A stretch of 64,000 nucleotides of DNA from Clostridia bacterium (GTDB lineage Bacteria; Bacillota; Clostridia; Christensenellales; Aristaeellaceae), in contig JAUMVT010000007.1 of assembly GCA_030529995.1 (NCBI GenBank), forward strand, positions 4,170 through 68,169, given 5' to 3'. A model generated the notes under the pieces. That model made no database searches. It was not told the origin of the DNA and was given only the letters and a program-made list of their open reading frames with translations. Of this stretch, positions 9,529 to 18,384 are shown in pieces (within the stretch, counting starts at the first letter, position 1; each line of letters opens with the position of its first letter). The translations under genes and the position numbers were made by a program.

Positions 9529-10591
9529 CAGCCAGCACCTCCATCTGAATATGATTCTCTGCCAGGTAGGCCATGCCCTTGGCAATGCCATCGGCATCGC
9601 CGCCCAGCACCACAATCATGCTGCCAAGGGGATTGCCCTGCAGCAGATCCACATTGGCCAGCACAATGTTCACATCCATGCCGAACTGCTTGGTGGCGGA
9701 AGAAATAATGTGCTCGCCCACGCAGTCCTTCTGGAAGGTCAGCTTCACCAGCTTTTCTCCCTGCTTCAGCCGCACCAGAGGATCATTGCCCCCCATGAGC
9801 CGGTCAATCTTGCTCAGGGGCGTGGAGGAGGCCACAAACCGGCGGGTAATTTCCGCCTGAGGATGAGCGAATACGTCGTACACGCTGCCTTCCTCCACTA
9901 CCCGGCCATTTTCCATCACTGCCAGGCGGCCGCACACGGCCTTGATCACGGCCATTTCATGGGTGATCAGCACAATGGTCAGGCCAAGCTTCCGGTTCAG
10001 GTCTTGCAGCAAGTTCAGGATCGATTCCGTGGCATCCGGGTCAAGGGCACTGGTGGCCTCATCGGAAAGCAGCACCTTAGGGTTGTTGGCCAGGGCGCGG
10101 GCAATGGCAACACGCTGCTTTTGTCCGCCGGAAAGCTGGGAGGGATACACGTCAATCTTGTCCCTTAAGCCCACCATGTCCAGCAGTTCGCATACCCGAT
10201 GATGAATGTCCTTCTCCTTCATGCCGGTATAGCGGAGGGGATAGGCGATGTTTTCAAACACCGTGGAACGATCCAGCAGGTTGAAGTGCTGAAAAATCAT
10301 GCCGATGCCCCGGCGCATGGTATTCAGCTCCTTGGCGGTCATGGCCTTGCTGCCCCGGTAGATCTTCCCGTTCCGTGGGGTCAGCACGCCGGAGTCGCCC
10401 ACTTCCAGGGTGCCTTCATCCGGAGTTTCCAGCAGGTTGAGGCAGCGCACCAGGGTGGACTTGCCGCCGCCGGAGTAGCCGATGATGCCGTAAATTTCGC
10501 CGTCATGAATGGTCAGGGACACGTCCTGCACAGCGTGCACGTCTCCGGTCTTTAAGTGGAAGGTTTTGCTTAAATGCTTGATCTCGATCAT
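9515..10591 (-). CDS. metN: Methionine ABC transporter ATP-binding protein with C-terminal NIL domain
   Basis: Start at MIEIKHL behind AAGGAAAGG. Walker A GYSGGGKST, signature LSGGQKQR and Walker B LLSDEATSALD are present, with a NIL-like C-terminus. Confidence 0.9.
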   Translation of the reverse strand: MIEIKHLSKTFHLKTGDVHAVQDVSLTIHDGEIYGIIGYSGGGKSTLVRCLNLLETPDEGTLEVGDSGVLTPRNGKIYRGSKAMTAKELNTMRRGIGMIFQHFNLLDRSTVFENIAYPLRYTGMKEKDIHHRVCELLDMVGLRDKIDVYPSQLSGGQKQRVAIARALANNPKVLLSDEATSALDPDATESILNLLQDLNRKLGLTIVLITHEMAVIKAVCGRLAVMENGRVVEEGSVYDVFAHPQAEITRRFVASSTPLSKIDRLMGGNDPLVRLKQGEKLVKLTFQKDCVGEHIISSATKQFGMDVNIVLANVDLLQGNPLGSMIVVLGGDADGIAKGMAYLAENHIQMEVLADGTH

Positions 10592-10696
10592 GCCATTGAT
10601 CCTTTCCTTGCGAATAACTAGGAAAACCGCACGTGGCGGCAGGGCAACCATTGTACGTCGCCATGCCGCCGAAGACGTGCGGTGCAGGGTATGAAA

Positions 10697-11611
10697 TTAC
10701 TTGACTTCGCCGGCAGCTGCCTTCAGCTCGTCCAGAGAAGCATACTTCAGGGAGTACAGGGTCAGGGGAGCAATCAAGGTGTCAGCGATGGCGGTCAGGT
10801 CATAACCGTTGGCAGCAGCATCGTTGTTCAGGTAAGCCTTGTGCTGGAAAGCGTTCAGGTCGATTTCACCGGAGTTCAGTGCTTCGTTGGGCAGGTTGTA
10901 AGCGTCGAACTCTACCAGCTCGATGTAGATGTTGGCGCCTTCGTCGTCCAGCACCTTCTGCACAACCTTCCAGTGGTCGTTGTTGGCACCGCACACGCCA
11001 ACCTTCACAACGGTCTTGCCTTCCTTGTCGGAGGTGTAGCGGATGTAGTCGGTCACATTGTCCTCGGTGATGGTGAAGTCAGCAGAGGCATCATAGTCGA
11101 AGGCAGGGAAGAAAGCTTCCTTATAATTCACCAGCAGGAATTCGGCTACCAGCTGGGTGTGGAAAGCATCCACGATGGTCTTGTAGGTCTCGTTCTCGGC
11201 ATCAGCAGTACGGGCAACGATGATGTTCACATAAGGGTTGTCGCCCTCTTCGCTCTGCTGCTCAATGATCAGGCCGTCCTTGGAAGGAACCAGGCCGAAG
11301 GGAATAGCATAAGTGCCGTTGATGGTGGAAGCGGCGAAGTCGCCCAGGGTGGAGGGCAGGGTGTTGGCCTGTACCGGCACTACTTCTACATTATATAGGT
11401 AACCGGTGATGTCAGCGATTTCGGGAGTATAACCAGCTTCGGGATCCACGGTCAGCAGGCCGGCAGCCTCCAGCAGCTTAATGCCGCGGGAAAGGTTGGT
11501 GCCGTCGTCCGGGATGCCGATCTGAAGGGTTTCAGCGGAAGCAAATGCCGTGCAGGAGAAAACAATCAACAGGCTGAGAATCAGGGATACAATCTTCTTC
11601 GTAGCTTTCAT
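10697..11611 (-). CDS. metQ: Methionine-binding protein, MetQ/NlpA family (secreted, possibly a lipoprotein)
   Basis: Signal peptide with a Cys (LLIVFSCTAFASA), NlpA-family body, AAGGAG SD. Confidence 0.9.
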   Translation of the reverse strand: MKATKKIVSLILSLLIVFSCTAFASAETLQIGIPDDGTNLSRGIKLLEAAGLLTVDPEAGYTPEIADITGYLYNVEVVPVQANTLPSTLGDFAASTINGTYAIPFGLVPSKDGLIIEQQSEEGDNPYVNIIVARTADAENETYKTIVDAFHTQLVAEFLLVNYKEAFFPAFDYDASADFTITEDNVTDYIRYTSDKEGKTVVKVGVCGANNDHWKVVQKVLDDEGANIYIELVEFDAYNLPNEALNSGEIDLNAFQHKAYLNNDAAANGYDLTAIADTLIAPLTLYSLKYASLDELKAAAGEVK

Positions 11612-11728
11612 GGTAACAATCTCCTTATCCGTTTTTCTTTTTCGTTGGTGGGATTAACGTGCATCACAGGATCTGGCATTCGATCCCTCACGCCGCCGAA
11701 ATGGTTCATCGGATCCATCCTCCTGACA

Positions 11729-11761
11729 TAAAAAATGAAGGGCAGCCATGCGCTGTCCTTC
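11729..11761 (-). terminator. Intrinsic terminator inside the met operon leader (attenuator)
   Basis: Minus strand: GAAGGACAGC-gcatg-GCTGCCCTTC (9 of 10 bp) followed by ATTTTTTAT. It lies between the promoter and metQ. Confidence 0.75.
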
Positions 11762-11785
11762 ACGGTACATCATGAAAGATCCGAA

Positions 11786-11866
11786 TTACATTCGGCAAGC
11801 GGCGCATGGGAAAACAAAGCACATGCCCATACGCATCATCATGGTGTTCATAGCGGTGCGTTCCAT
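11786..11866 (-). CDS. Candidate regulatory leader peptide MERTAMNTMMMRMGMCFVFPCAACRM (26 aa, 8 Met and 3 Cys)
   Basis: Hand-translated. AAGGAGG lies 8 nt upstream of the ATG. The stop lies in a small CCGAAT-gta-ATTCGG hairpin, and the terminator starts about 25 nt downstream. Confidence 0.55.
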   Translation of the reverse strand: MERTAMNTMMMRMGMCFVFPCAACRM

Positions 11867-11898
11867 GCGTCCTTCCTCCTTCGAATCGGAATGGTGCA

Positions 11899-11927
11899 AT
11901 CATAGCACAGGGCAAGGGGATTGTCAA
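11899..11927 (-). promoter_or_regulatory. Sigma70-type promoter of the met leader and operon
   Basis: Minus strand: TTGACA, 17 nt, TATGAT. Confidence 0.65.
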
Positions 11928-12001
11928 CAGGGAATCCTTGTTTTTCTGTTGTTTTTCATGAACGATTTTTGCTTTCTTTTGTTTTTCGTTTGCCTTTTTC
12001 A

Positions 12002-12030
12002 TTGCTTTCCGATAGAAAAAGTGATATAGT
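12002..12030 (+). promoter_or_regulatory. Candidate promoter of the BMP-family gene
   Basis: TTGCTT, 17 nt, TATAGT. It lies 43 nt upstream of the start. Confidence 0.4.
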
Positions 12031-12072
12031 CATATCAGTTACAAACCCCATTTGAAAGGAGTCTTCTCTCCC

Positions 12073-13194
12073 ATGAAAAAGCTGATGTCCCTGCTTCTTG
12101 TCCTTGCCATGGCTCTGTGCTCCCTGACCTTCGCCTCCGCTGAAGACGGACTGAACGTGCTGCTGCTGGTTCCCAGCACGGAGGGTAGCTACTTCTCTGC
12201 CTCCGTTCTTGCCGTGAAGGATTTGGAGACCAAGTACCCCGGCACTACCACGGAAACCATCGCCATGGGTGCCATCCCCATGGATAAGGCAAGCGCAGAA
12301 TACGAGCTGGAAACCTACATGCCCTTCTTAGAAGATGCCTGCGCCTCCGGCAAGTATGATCTGATCATCACCATGGGCGCCGAGTGCAACGCGGCACTCA
12401 TTGCCGCCGCCCAGAAGTATCCTGAGCAGAAGTTCTTCAGCGCTGACTTGCAGGGCATTGAAGGCTCCGCACTGGAGACCGATCCCCTGAGCAACGTGTA
12501 CGGCCTGATGTACAAGAGCCAGGACATCGGCTATCTGGCCGGTTATGTAGCTTGCCTGGTCACCACCAGCGACATGCCCAAGGCCAATGCGGATAAGAAG
12601 GTCGGCGTTATCGTCGGCATCGACGCTCCCGGCCTGAACGAGTACATCGGCAGCTTCTGCCAGGTGTGCGAGGAGCAGGGCGTCACGGTGTACATTGACT
12701 ACGCCGGCGACTTCATTGCGGATATTGCTCCCCAGGTGGCCGAAAAGGCAGCCGCCATGTATGCCGAAGGTGTTGACGTGATCTGGCAGGTGGCAGGCAG
12801 TGCCGGCTCCGGCGTATTCACCGCCGCAAAGGAAGCAGGCCGCTATGCCTTTGGTGTGGACTGCGACCAGACCCTGACCGTTTCCGATCCGGATGAAGCG
12901 GCCACCATTGTGACTTCCTTCTATGCGGACTACGGCGCTGCCATTGATTCCGTGTTTGCCTCTGTGCTGGACGGCACCTTCGTCGGCGGCACTTATCCGC
13001 TGGTCGGCCTGAACGAGGGCTTCATCGGCTATGCTCACAACGATCAGTTCATGGCCATGACCACTCAGGACATTCAGGACAAGATCGCTGCCCTGTATGA
13101 CAGCGTGAAGACCAATCCTGTGGAAATCTTCAGCGTCACCGCCGATCCCGAAGGTTGGGAAACCCTGAAGCTGGCTGTTTCTCCCAAGGACTGA
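12073..13194 (+). CDS. BMP-family (Med/PnrA-like) ABC-transporter substrate-binding protein, secreted or lipoprotein
   Basis: Start at MKKLMSLLLVLAMALCS behind GAAAGGA. The periplasmic-binding fold pattern resembles basic membrane protein family members. Confidence 0.8.
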   Translation: MKKLMSLLLVLAMALCSLTFASAEDGLNVLLLVPSTEGSYFSASVLAVKDLETKYPGTTTETIAMGAIPMDKASAEYELETYMPFLEDACASGKYDLIITMGAECNAALIAAAQKYPEQKFFSADLQGIEGSALETDPLSNVYGLMYKSQDIGYLAGYVACLVTTSDMPKANADKKVGVIVGIDAPGLNEYIGSFCQVCEEQGVTVYIDYAGDFIADIAPQVAEKAAAMYAEGVDVIWQVAGSAGSGVFTAAKEAGRYAFGVDCDQTLTVSDPDEAATIVTSFYADYGAAIDSVFASVLDGTFVGGTYPLVGLNEGFIGYAHNDQFMAMTTQDIQDKIAALYDSVKTNPVEIFSVTADPEGWETLKLAVSPKD

Positions 13195-13221
13195 TCAGCG
13201 ATAAACGTTGGTACATCAAGG

Positions 13222-13259
13222 CTTCGAAGGAGCGGATTTCGCTCTTTCGAAGTTTTTTT
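13222..13259 (+). terminator. Intrinsic terminator
   Basis: CTTCGAAGGAGCG-gattt-CGCTCTTTCGAAG followed by TTTTTTT. Confidence 0.85.
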
Positions 13260-13300
13260 CTTGTGGAACTACTTTCTTTTGGAAGATGGGGAAGAAAACG

Positions 13301-13328
13301 TTGCGTGCTTACGTTTTCATGGTATACT
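13301..13328 (+). promoter_or_regulatory. Candidate promoter with extended -10
   Basis: TTGCGT, 16 nt, (TGg)TATACT. Confidence 0.45.
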
Positions 13329-13347
13329 ACCTAGTGAGGTGATTGAC

Positions 13348-14301
13348 ATGACCATGAAACGCATTCTTTCCCTGTTACTTCTCCTGACGCTTTGCTTCAC
13401 CTGCTGCGGGTCTGCGTTTGCTTCTACCGTCACGCCATCGTTTACGGTAGATAACGGCACCACCTACACAGCCAAGGCAGAAGAGTGGCCGGACGGCAAG
13501 GTTTACCCTGTCTACTCCGCCCCCAGCACGTCTGCCCTCCGTGGTGCCAACGGCAAGGCCGTGGTATCCACCAACGATACCATCAAGGTCTTCGGCAAGG
13601 TTGGCAACTGGGTGCTGATTCAGTACAACATCAGCAGCGGCCGGAACCGGATCGGCTATATCCAGCTGCCCAGCTACACCAAGCGTTCCTCCTGCCGAGA
13701 GCTGCTCTTCGACATGAAGCAGGCAGTGACCACCTGCGCAGTCTCTGTAACGGATGACCCCTATGCTTCCCAGTCCGCCTTGGCCACCCTGCCTGCCGGC
13801 TGCACCGTGTATGTGCTGGCGACCGACAGCCTGTGGAGCTACATTGCAAGCAATAACTTCTGCGGCTTTGTGCCCAGCAGCACCCTGTCCATCTCTGGCA
13901 CGGCAACCCACCACTTTGCTTCCTTCACCGCCAGCAACGGTCAGGTGTACGATCAGTTCTGCATCCACCGCCTGGAGTATGATGCCAGCCAGCACGTCTA
14001 CGCTGTCACCGGCACCTATGAGCGCACCAATGCCAGCGGCGTGCAGGAAGCCGCTCCCGATGTTGGAGAAATCACCTACTCCCTGTCTGAGGACTTCCTG
14101 GCCTCCATGCCGGAGAGCATGGGCAGCAACACCACCCTGCATCCCACCTGGGATCTGTATCAGTGGTACGTGCAGGCTTCCCTCAACGGCTTTGCTTCCT
14201 CCAACATCAACCTGAACTTTGCGTCCGTCACCGTTCAGTATGAGCTGAACGAAGCAAACGAAATCTGCTACATGGAGTATGCGGCTGTACCTTGGGGCTG
14301 A
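13348..14301 (+). CDS. Secreted protein with two bacterial SH3-like domains
   Basis: Start at MTMKRILSLLLLL behind GAGGTG, with a signal peptide. Two SH3b-like segments are present (VYSAPSTSA..KVFGKVGNWVLIQY and DDPYASQSA..VYVLATDSLWSYI). Confidence 0.6.
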   Translation: MTMKRILSLLLLLTLCFTCCGSAFASTVTPSFTVDNGTTYTAKAEEWPDGKVYPVYSAPSTSALRGANGKAVVSTNDTIKVFGKVGNWVLIQYNISSGRNRIGYIQLPSYTKRSSCRELLFDMKQAVTTCAVSVTDDPYASQSALATLPAGCTVYVLATDSLWSYIASNNFCGFVPSSTLSISGTATHHFASFTASNGQVYDQFCIHRLEYDASQHVYAVTGTYERTNASGVQEAAPDVGEITYSLSEDFLASMPESMGSNTTLHPTWDLYQWYVQASLNGFASSNINLNFASVTVQYELNEANEICYMEYAAVPWG

Positions 14302-14334
14302 TTTCAAACCCATGCATAAAGCGAGGCTTTCCCC

Positions 14335-15669
14335 ATGATTCAGCTGCCCCCTAACGTGGAGCGCATCCTGACCCTGCTGAACCGGGCCGGTTACAAGGCC
14401 TATGTGGTAGGCGGATGCGTACGGGATGCGCTCCTTTCCAAAGCCCCCAAGGATTGGGATATTTGCACCTCTGCCCTGCCGGATGAGATGGAGCGTGTGT
14501 TTCAGGACTTCCGTGTTGTTGAAACTGGACTGAAGCACGGCACCCTGACGGTGGTGTTGGACGGTGTTCCCTACGAAATTACCACCTTCCGGGTGGATGG
14601 TGCCTATACGGATCACCGCCACCCGGATGGGGTCACCTTTGTGACAGACGTCCGGGAGGATCTGGCTCGGCGTGACTTCACCGTTAACGCCATGGCCTAT
14701 CATCCGGCAGAAGGCCTCATTGATGCCTTTGGCGGACGAGAGGATCTGCGGCGCAAGGTGATTCGCTGCGTGGGACAGCCGGAGGAACGCTTCCGGGAGG
14801 ATGCCCTGCGTATCTTGCGTGCCCTGCGCTTTGCCTCTGTTTACGGCTTCACCATTGATGAGGAAACCGCCGAGGCTGCTCATGCATTGAAAGAAACTTT
14901 GAGCCTGGTAGCGGCGGAGCGTATTCGGGCAGAGCTTGGCAAGATGCTGTGCGGCCAAGGCTGCGGTGATATACTGCGTACTGATCGGGACATTCTTGGG
15001 CAGATTCTTCCCCAGCTGACCCCCATGTTTGACTTTCCTCAATGCTCTCCGTATCATCGCTTTGATGTGTGGGAGCACACTGTCCGCAGCGTGGAGAACG
15101 TTCCGGCCACCGAGGTGCTGCGCTTTACCATGCTGCTCCATGATGCAGGGAAGCCGGCCACTTTCACCTGGGACGAAACCGGTGTCGGCCACTTCTATGG
15201 CCATGCTGCCTGCTCCGAAAAGATAGCGGAAGCGGTGATGACCCGGCTGCGGATGGATAAAGCCACTGCCCAGCGGGTGATGCTGCTGGTGAAGCACCAT
15301 GATATCAACTTAACGACTGACAGTCGTTTGCTGAAACGCCGCCTGAACCAGTTCGGTGAGGAAGCTCTTCGACAGCTGATCGATGTGCAGGAGGCTGATC
15401 AGCTTGCCAAAGGCACCTGCGATCCGGCGGAAATTCGTGCTTCCGCCGCTGCCCTTCGTCAGGCACTGGATGAGCTTCTGGCATCCGCTCCCTGCTTCAC
15501 CCTGAAGGATCTGGCTGTCAATGGCCGGGACATTGCTGCTCTCGGGGCGAAAGGTTCCGCTATTGGCGACGTTCTTCAGCACCTGCTTTCCTGCGTGATG
15601 GATGATATCCTGCCTAACGAAAAAGACCCGCTGCTGCAGGAAGCAAAGAGAATGGTTGACCGGTTGTAA
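14335..15669 (+). CDS. cca: CCA-adding tRNA nucleotidyltransferase with HD domain
   Basis: GGCVRDALL, RDFTVNAMA and ED.LR.LRA.RF motifs, followed by the HD motif LLHDAGKP. Confidence 0.85.
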   Translation: MIQLPPNVERILTLLNRAGYKAYVVGGCVRDALLSKAPKDWDICTSALPDEMERVFQDFRVVETGLKHGTLTVVLDGVPYEITTFRVDGAYTDHRHPDGVTFVTDVREDLARRDFTVNAMAYHPAEGLIDAFGGREDLRRKVIRCVGQPEERFREDALRILRALRFASVYGFTIDEETAEAAHALKETLSLVAAERIRAELGKMLCGQGCGDILRTDRDILGQILPQLTPMFDFPQCSPYHRFDVWEHTVRSVENVPATEVLRFTMLLHDAGKPATFTWDETGVGHFYGHAACSEKIAEAVMTRLRMDKATAQRVMLLVKHHDINLTTDSRLLKRRLNQFGEEALRQLIDVQEADQLAKGTCDPAEIRASAAALRQALDELLASAPCFTLKDLAVNGRDIAALGAKGSAIGDVLQHLLSCVMDDILPNEKDPLLQEAKRMVDRL

Positions 15670-15908
15670 TTGTTCATCATTTCGGATCACGTTCTGAAAA
15701 GAATGTGGTCTGTTTTTTTATGCCTGCAAATTGTATGCGATGGTAGACAGCGACCGGATGTTCCGTTCTGTATAATCGCATGGGCTGTTTCTATAAAGAG
15801 CTGAGCATAGTCATGCATCTCCGCTCTTTGTTTGCTTTCTATTTTTGCACATTCGCAACTTCATTTAGATAAAGTGCCTTCAAGATTGCATCCTGCTTTC
15901 GCGAAATA

Positions 15909-15957
15909 AACAAGCCCTTCTCTGAAAGCGATCAACTGCATCAGAAAGGGGCTTGTT
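15909..15957 (+). promoter_or_regulatory. Imperfect 17-nt inverted repeat overlapping the SD of the XRE gene
   Basis: AACAAGCCCTTCTCTGA, 15 nt, TCAGAAAGGGGCTTGTT, with 15 of 17 positions complementary. The 3' arm contains AAAGGGG, and the ATG is at 15960. Confidence 0.4.
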
Positions 15958-15959
15958 GC

Positions 15960-16193
15960 ATGAATTACGACAGCAAAATTACGGGACGGATCATCAGCCA
16001 AATGCGAATGGAGCGGAATCTTTCTCAGGAAGTGCTCTCCGGCTTGGCCGGCATTGCACGCAGCCATCTGGCCATGATTGAAACCGGCAGGAAGAACGCC
16101 AATGTGGACACCCTTTGGCGCATCGCCAATGCCTTGGGCGTTCCCCTTAGTCAGCTTATTCGTCAGGTCGAGGACGCTATGGAAAACAAGTGA
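15960..16193 (+). CDS. XRE-family helix-turn-helix transcriptional regulator (77 aa)
   Basis: LSQEVLSGLAGIARSHLAMIETGRKNANVDTLWRIANALGV is a typical HTH_3 domain. Confidence 0.8.
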   Translation: MNYDSKITGRIISQMRMERNLSQEVLSGLAGIARSHLAMIETGRKNANVDTLWRIANALGVPLSQLIRQVEDAMENK

Positions 16194-16238
16194 AAAAGAG
16201 GAGGGAGTCCCTTATACAGGGATGTTCCCTCCTCTTTT
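16194..16238. terminator. Bidirectional terminator hairpin between convergent genes
   Basis: Perfect 13-bp stem AAAAGAGGAGGGA / TCCCTCCTCTTTT with A and T runs at both ends. Confidence 0.8.
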
Positions 16239-16248
16239 TGTTCATGTG

Positions 16249-16896
16249 TCACGCAGCCAGCAGTATGCCCGTGCCCAGGCACAGCTGGGCGGTGTAATAC
16301 AGCACCATGGCCGTCCAGTCAAAGGCAGCGGAGGTGGAACGCAGGGTTTCCCAGCAAACCATCATGTCGCTGATGACAAACAGCACGACGCCAACCGTCG
16401 TAAAGATGCCTGCCGTGCCGCCGGTTACGCAGCCTACGCCGCAGGCGCACATGGTAATCAGCACCCCTGCATAGGCGGAATAGGGCGCCAGCTTCCCTTT
16501 CAGCAAGGGACGCAGCCTCAGAATTAAGCAGACCGCTGCCGCAAGCAGTACCACAAAGACGATACATTGGATGCTGCCTAATTTCTGCCGCTGTAGGAAC
16601 CAGGCAATGTAGCACAAGTGGCCGCCCATGAAGAAGCCCATGCCTACATGGAACTTTCGTTCCAGCATAACGTCTGCGATGGTGCACAGTGCCAATGCCC
16701 CTGCACCCAGCCACCGACTGCCCCCAAGCGGTATGGCGCCGCCTAAGGCCAGTGCCAAGGCGCAAAGGGTGCCCAGGGCTTTCCAACACTGACTCTGCAC
16801 GGCCAGTTTCCTTGCCTTGCACCGCATAAACATGGGCAGACACAATCCCAGCGAAAGGATTGCTGCCGGTACCATCCACCAAGCCTTCATGGTCAT
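16249..16896 (-). CDS. YhhN-family (lysoplasmalogenase-like) integral membrane protein
   Basis: About 7 TM segments. YhhN-like motifs are present: LCTIADVML, GFFMGGHLCYIAWF and VLFVISDMMV. Confidence 0.6.
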   Translation of the reverse strand: MTMKAWWMVPAAILSLGLCLPMFMRCKARKLAVQSQCWKALGTLCALALALGGAIPLGGSRWLGAGALALCTIADVMLERKFHVGMGFFMGGHLCYIAWFLQRQKLGSIQCIVFVVLLAAAVCLILRLRPLLKGKLAPYSAYAGVLITMCACGVGCVTGGTAGIFTTVGVVLFVISDMMVCWETLRSTSAAFDWTAMVLYYTAQLCLGTGILLAA

Positions 16897-16923
16897 CCTC
16901 TCCTCCCTTGTCTTCCTGCCCTG

Positions 16924-18384
16924 TCAGGGCAAATCCGTTGACGTTGCAGCGTTTGCCGTCTGCATGGTTTTGATGTAGCGGAAAATATCCCCTGCGATGG
17001 GTGCCGCCGTGCTGCCGCCGCCGTCGCCGTCGTTGACGGACTCCACCAAGACCGCCACCGCATAGGGCATGTCCTCGCTGTCGATAAAGCCGATGAACCA
17101 GCCGTGGGTAACGCTTTCCCCATTCATGGAAGATTCTGCAGAGCCGGTTTTGCCGCAGATGGTCAGCCCCTCCACTGCCGCTCTGCTGCCTGTGCCGGAG
17201 GTGACCACGGCTCGCATAAAGCCCTTGATGATGTCCGCATCTTCGCTGCTCAGCGCATTGCGGTACACCTTGGAGGAGAACTTCATGCGATTGATGCCGC
17301 CGTAGCTGTCCACGGATTGCAAAAGCCGGGGCTCCATCATGACACCGCCGTTGGCAATGGATGCCGCCACCATGCACATATGCATGGGCGATGCCACAAT
17401 GGCGGACTGGCCTGCGCCGGACCAGGCAATTTCGAAATTGCTTCGATTGGTGGTGGGGTACACACTGTTTTCCACCACCAGGTCACGGAAAAGGAAATTA
17501 TCGTTGAAGCCGAAGCTTTCCGCCGTTTGCCGCAGCTTTTCATCCCCCATGTCCAGTGCCATCAGGGCGAAAGCATTGTTGCAGGATTTGGTGAATGCCT
17601 GCTTCAGTGTCAGATTACCGTGGATGGCGTTGCCCCAGTCCCGTATGGCATGACCGTCCACATCCAGGCCGCCGGTGCAGAGAATGTCCAGGTTCAGGAT
17701 GTCGTCAATCCCCGTCAGCGCCGCTTCCGTGGTGATCACCTTGAAGGAGCTGCCCGGGGCGTACACGGATTGAGTCACCCGATTCCAGAAGGGCTGACCG
17801 GCATCGTTCAGGGTGTCTTCCGTAATGTTCTGCGGATCAAAGCTGGGCAGGCTGGTCAGGGCGAGCACGGCGCCGGACTTGTAGTTCATCACCACGGCAG
17901 CGCCGTTTTTGCCTGCCGTTTTTTCGTAGCTGTTGAAGGAGTCCACAATGGCTGCACACAGCTTGCTGTCTACCGTCAGGGTTACGTTATCTCCACGACG
18001 GGTTTCTCCCTTAAACAGGGAAGCGATCATTTCCGGCAGAGAGGTTTGGAAGCCATACAGGTAGCTGGTCTGGAAAGTTTCCACGCCGTTGGAGACCTGC
18101 CCCTGATTGTCTCCCACTAAATGCACCACTGCCCGGCGAATGGCCTCGTTCTCCTGATAAACACGCTCCCCGTCCACCGTGGTGGCCAAGGTGACACCAT
18201 TGACATCCAGAATGTCCCCGGCGATCACCGTCTCTTTCTGCGATCTCACCCGGGGATTCCACTTGGAGGAAAACCATCGGTTGCCGTAGGTCAGCACACT
18301 GTATCCGCCGTAGGCCGCCAGAAGGAAGAACATGCCGAAGAGAATCAGAGCCAGTATTTTGAACCTGTGTCGCTGCTGCTTCAT
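16924..18384 (-). CDS. Class B penicillin-binding protein (PbpA/FtsI-type transpeptidase)
   Basis: N-terminal TM anchor. Transpeptidase motifs are APGSSFK (SxxK), a candidate SxN at KSCN, and KTGS (KTG). Overlaps the upstream RodA-like gene by 4 nt. Confidence 0.85.
   Translation of the reverse strand: MKQQRHRFKILALILFGMFFLLAAYGGYSVLTYGNRWFSSKWNPRVRSQKETVIAGDILDVNGVTLATTVDGERVYQENEAIRRAVVHLVGDNQGQVSNGVETFQTSYLYGFQTSLPEMIASLFKGETRRGDNVTLTVDSKLCAAIVDSFNSYEKTAGKNGAAVVMNYKSGAVLALTSLPSFDPQNITEDTLNDAGQPFWNRVTQSVYAPGSSFKVITTEAALTGIDDILNLDILCTGGLDVDGHAIRDWGNAIHGNLTLKQAFTKSCNNAFALMALDMGDEKLRQTAESFGFNDNFLFRDLVVENSVYPTTNRSNFEIAWSGAGQSAIVASPMHMCMVAASIANGGVMMEPRLLQSVDSYGGINRMKFSSKVYRNALSSEDADIIKGFMRAVVTSGTGSRAAVEGLTICGKTGSAESSMNGESVTHGWFIGFIDSEDMPYAVAVLVESVNDGDGGGSTAAPIAGDIFRYIKTMQTANAATSTDLP

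Noticed and set aside
11612-11728. Roughly 115-nt spacer between the attenuator terminator and metQ, containing the short frames MSGGWIR and MDPMNHFGG...
   Set aside because: The AGGAGG abuts the ATG with no spacing for one frame, and the other is only 7 codons. No structure or motif was recognised, so it is left unannotated.
11612-11900. Expected SAM-I (S-box) riboswitch or Met T-box upstream of metQ
   Set aside because: I looked for the S-box core (GAGGGA ... GGCAACC ... AGATGAG) and found no convincing match. For a T-box sequence (GGGTGGTACCGCG), only a weak resemblance (ATGATGTACCGTG) occurs next to the terminator. A covariance-model scan is still needed.
11748-12029. 93-aa plus-strand and 80-aa minus-strand ORFs in the metQ/BMP divergent region
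   Set aside because: Neither has an SD and both have implausible composition. The region is better explained by two promoters and the met leader.
13375-15300. 641-aa minus-strand ORF, together with similar giants at 4335-5903 (+), 37236-38870 (-), 41218-43107 (-), 48039-50174 (-), 51894-53300 (-) and 55848-57386 (-)
   Set aside because: Each is antisense to a gene with clear family motifs (cca, the isomerase-family gene, tatD, the SBP gene, glgP and the cluster genes). Their Gly/His/Arg/Pro/Gln-rich composition is typical of out-of-frame GC-rich DNA.
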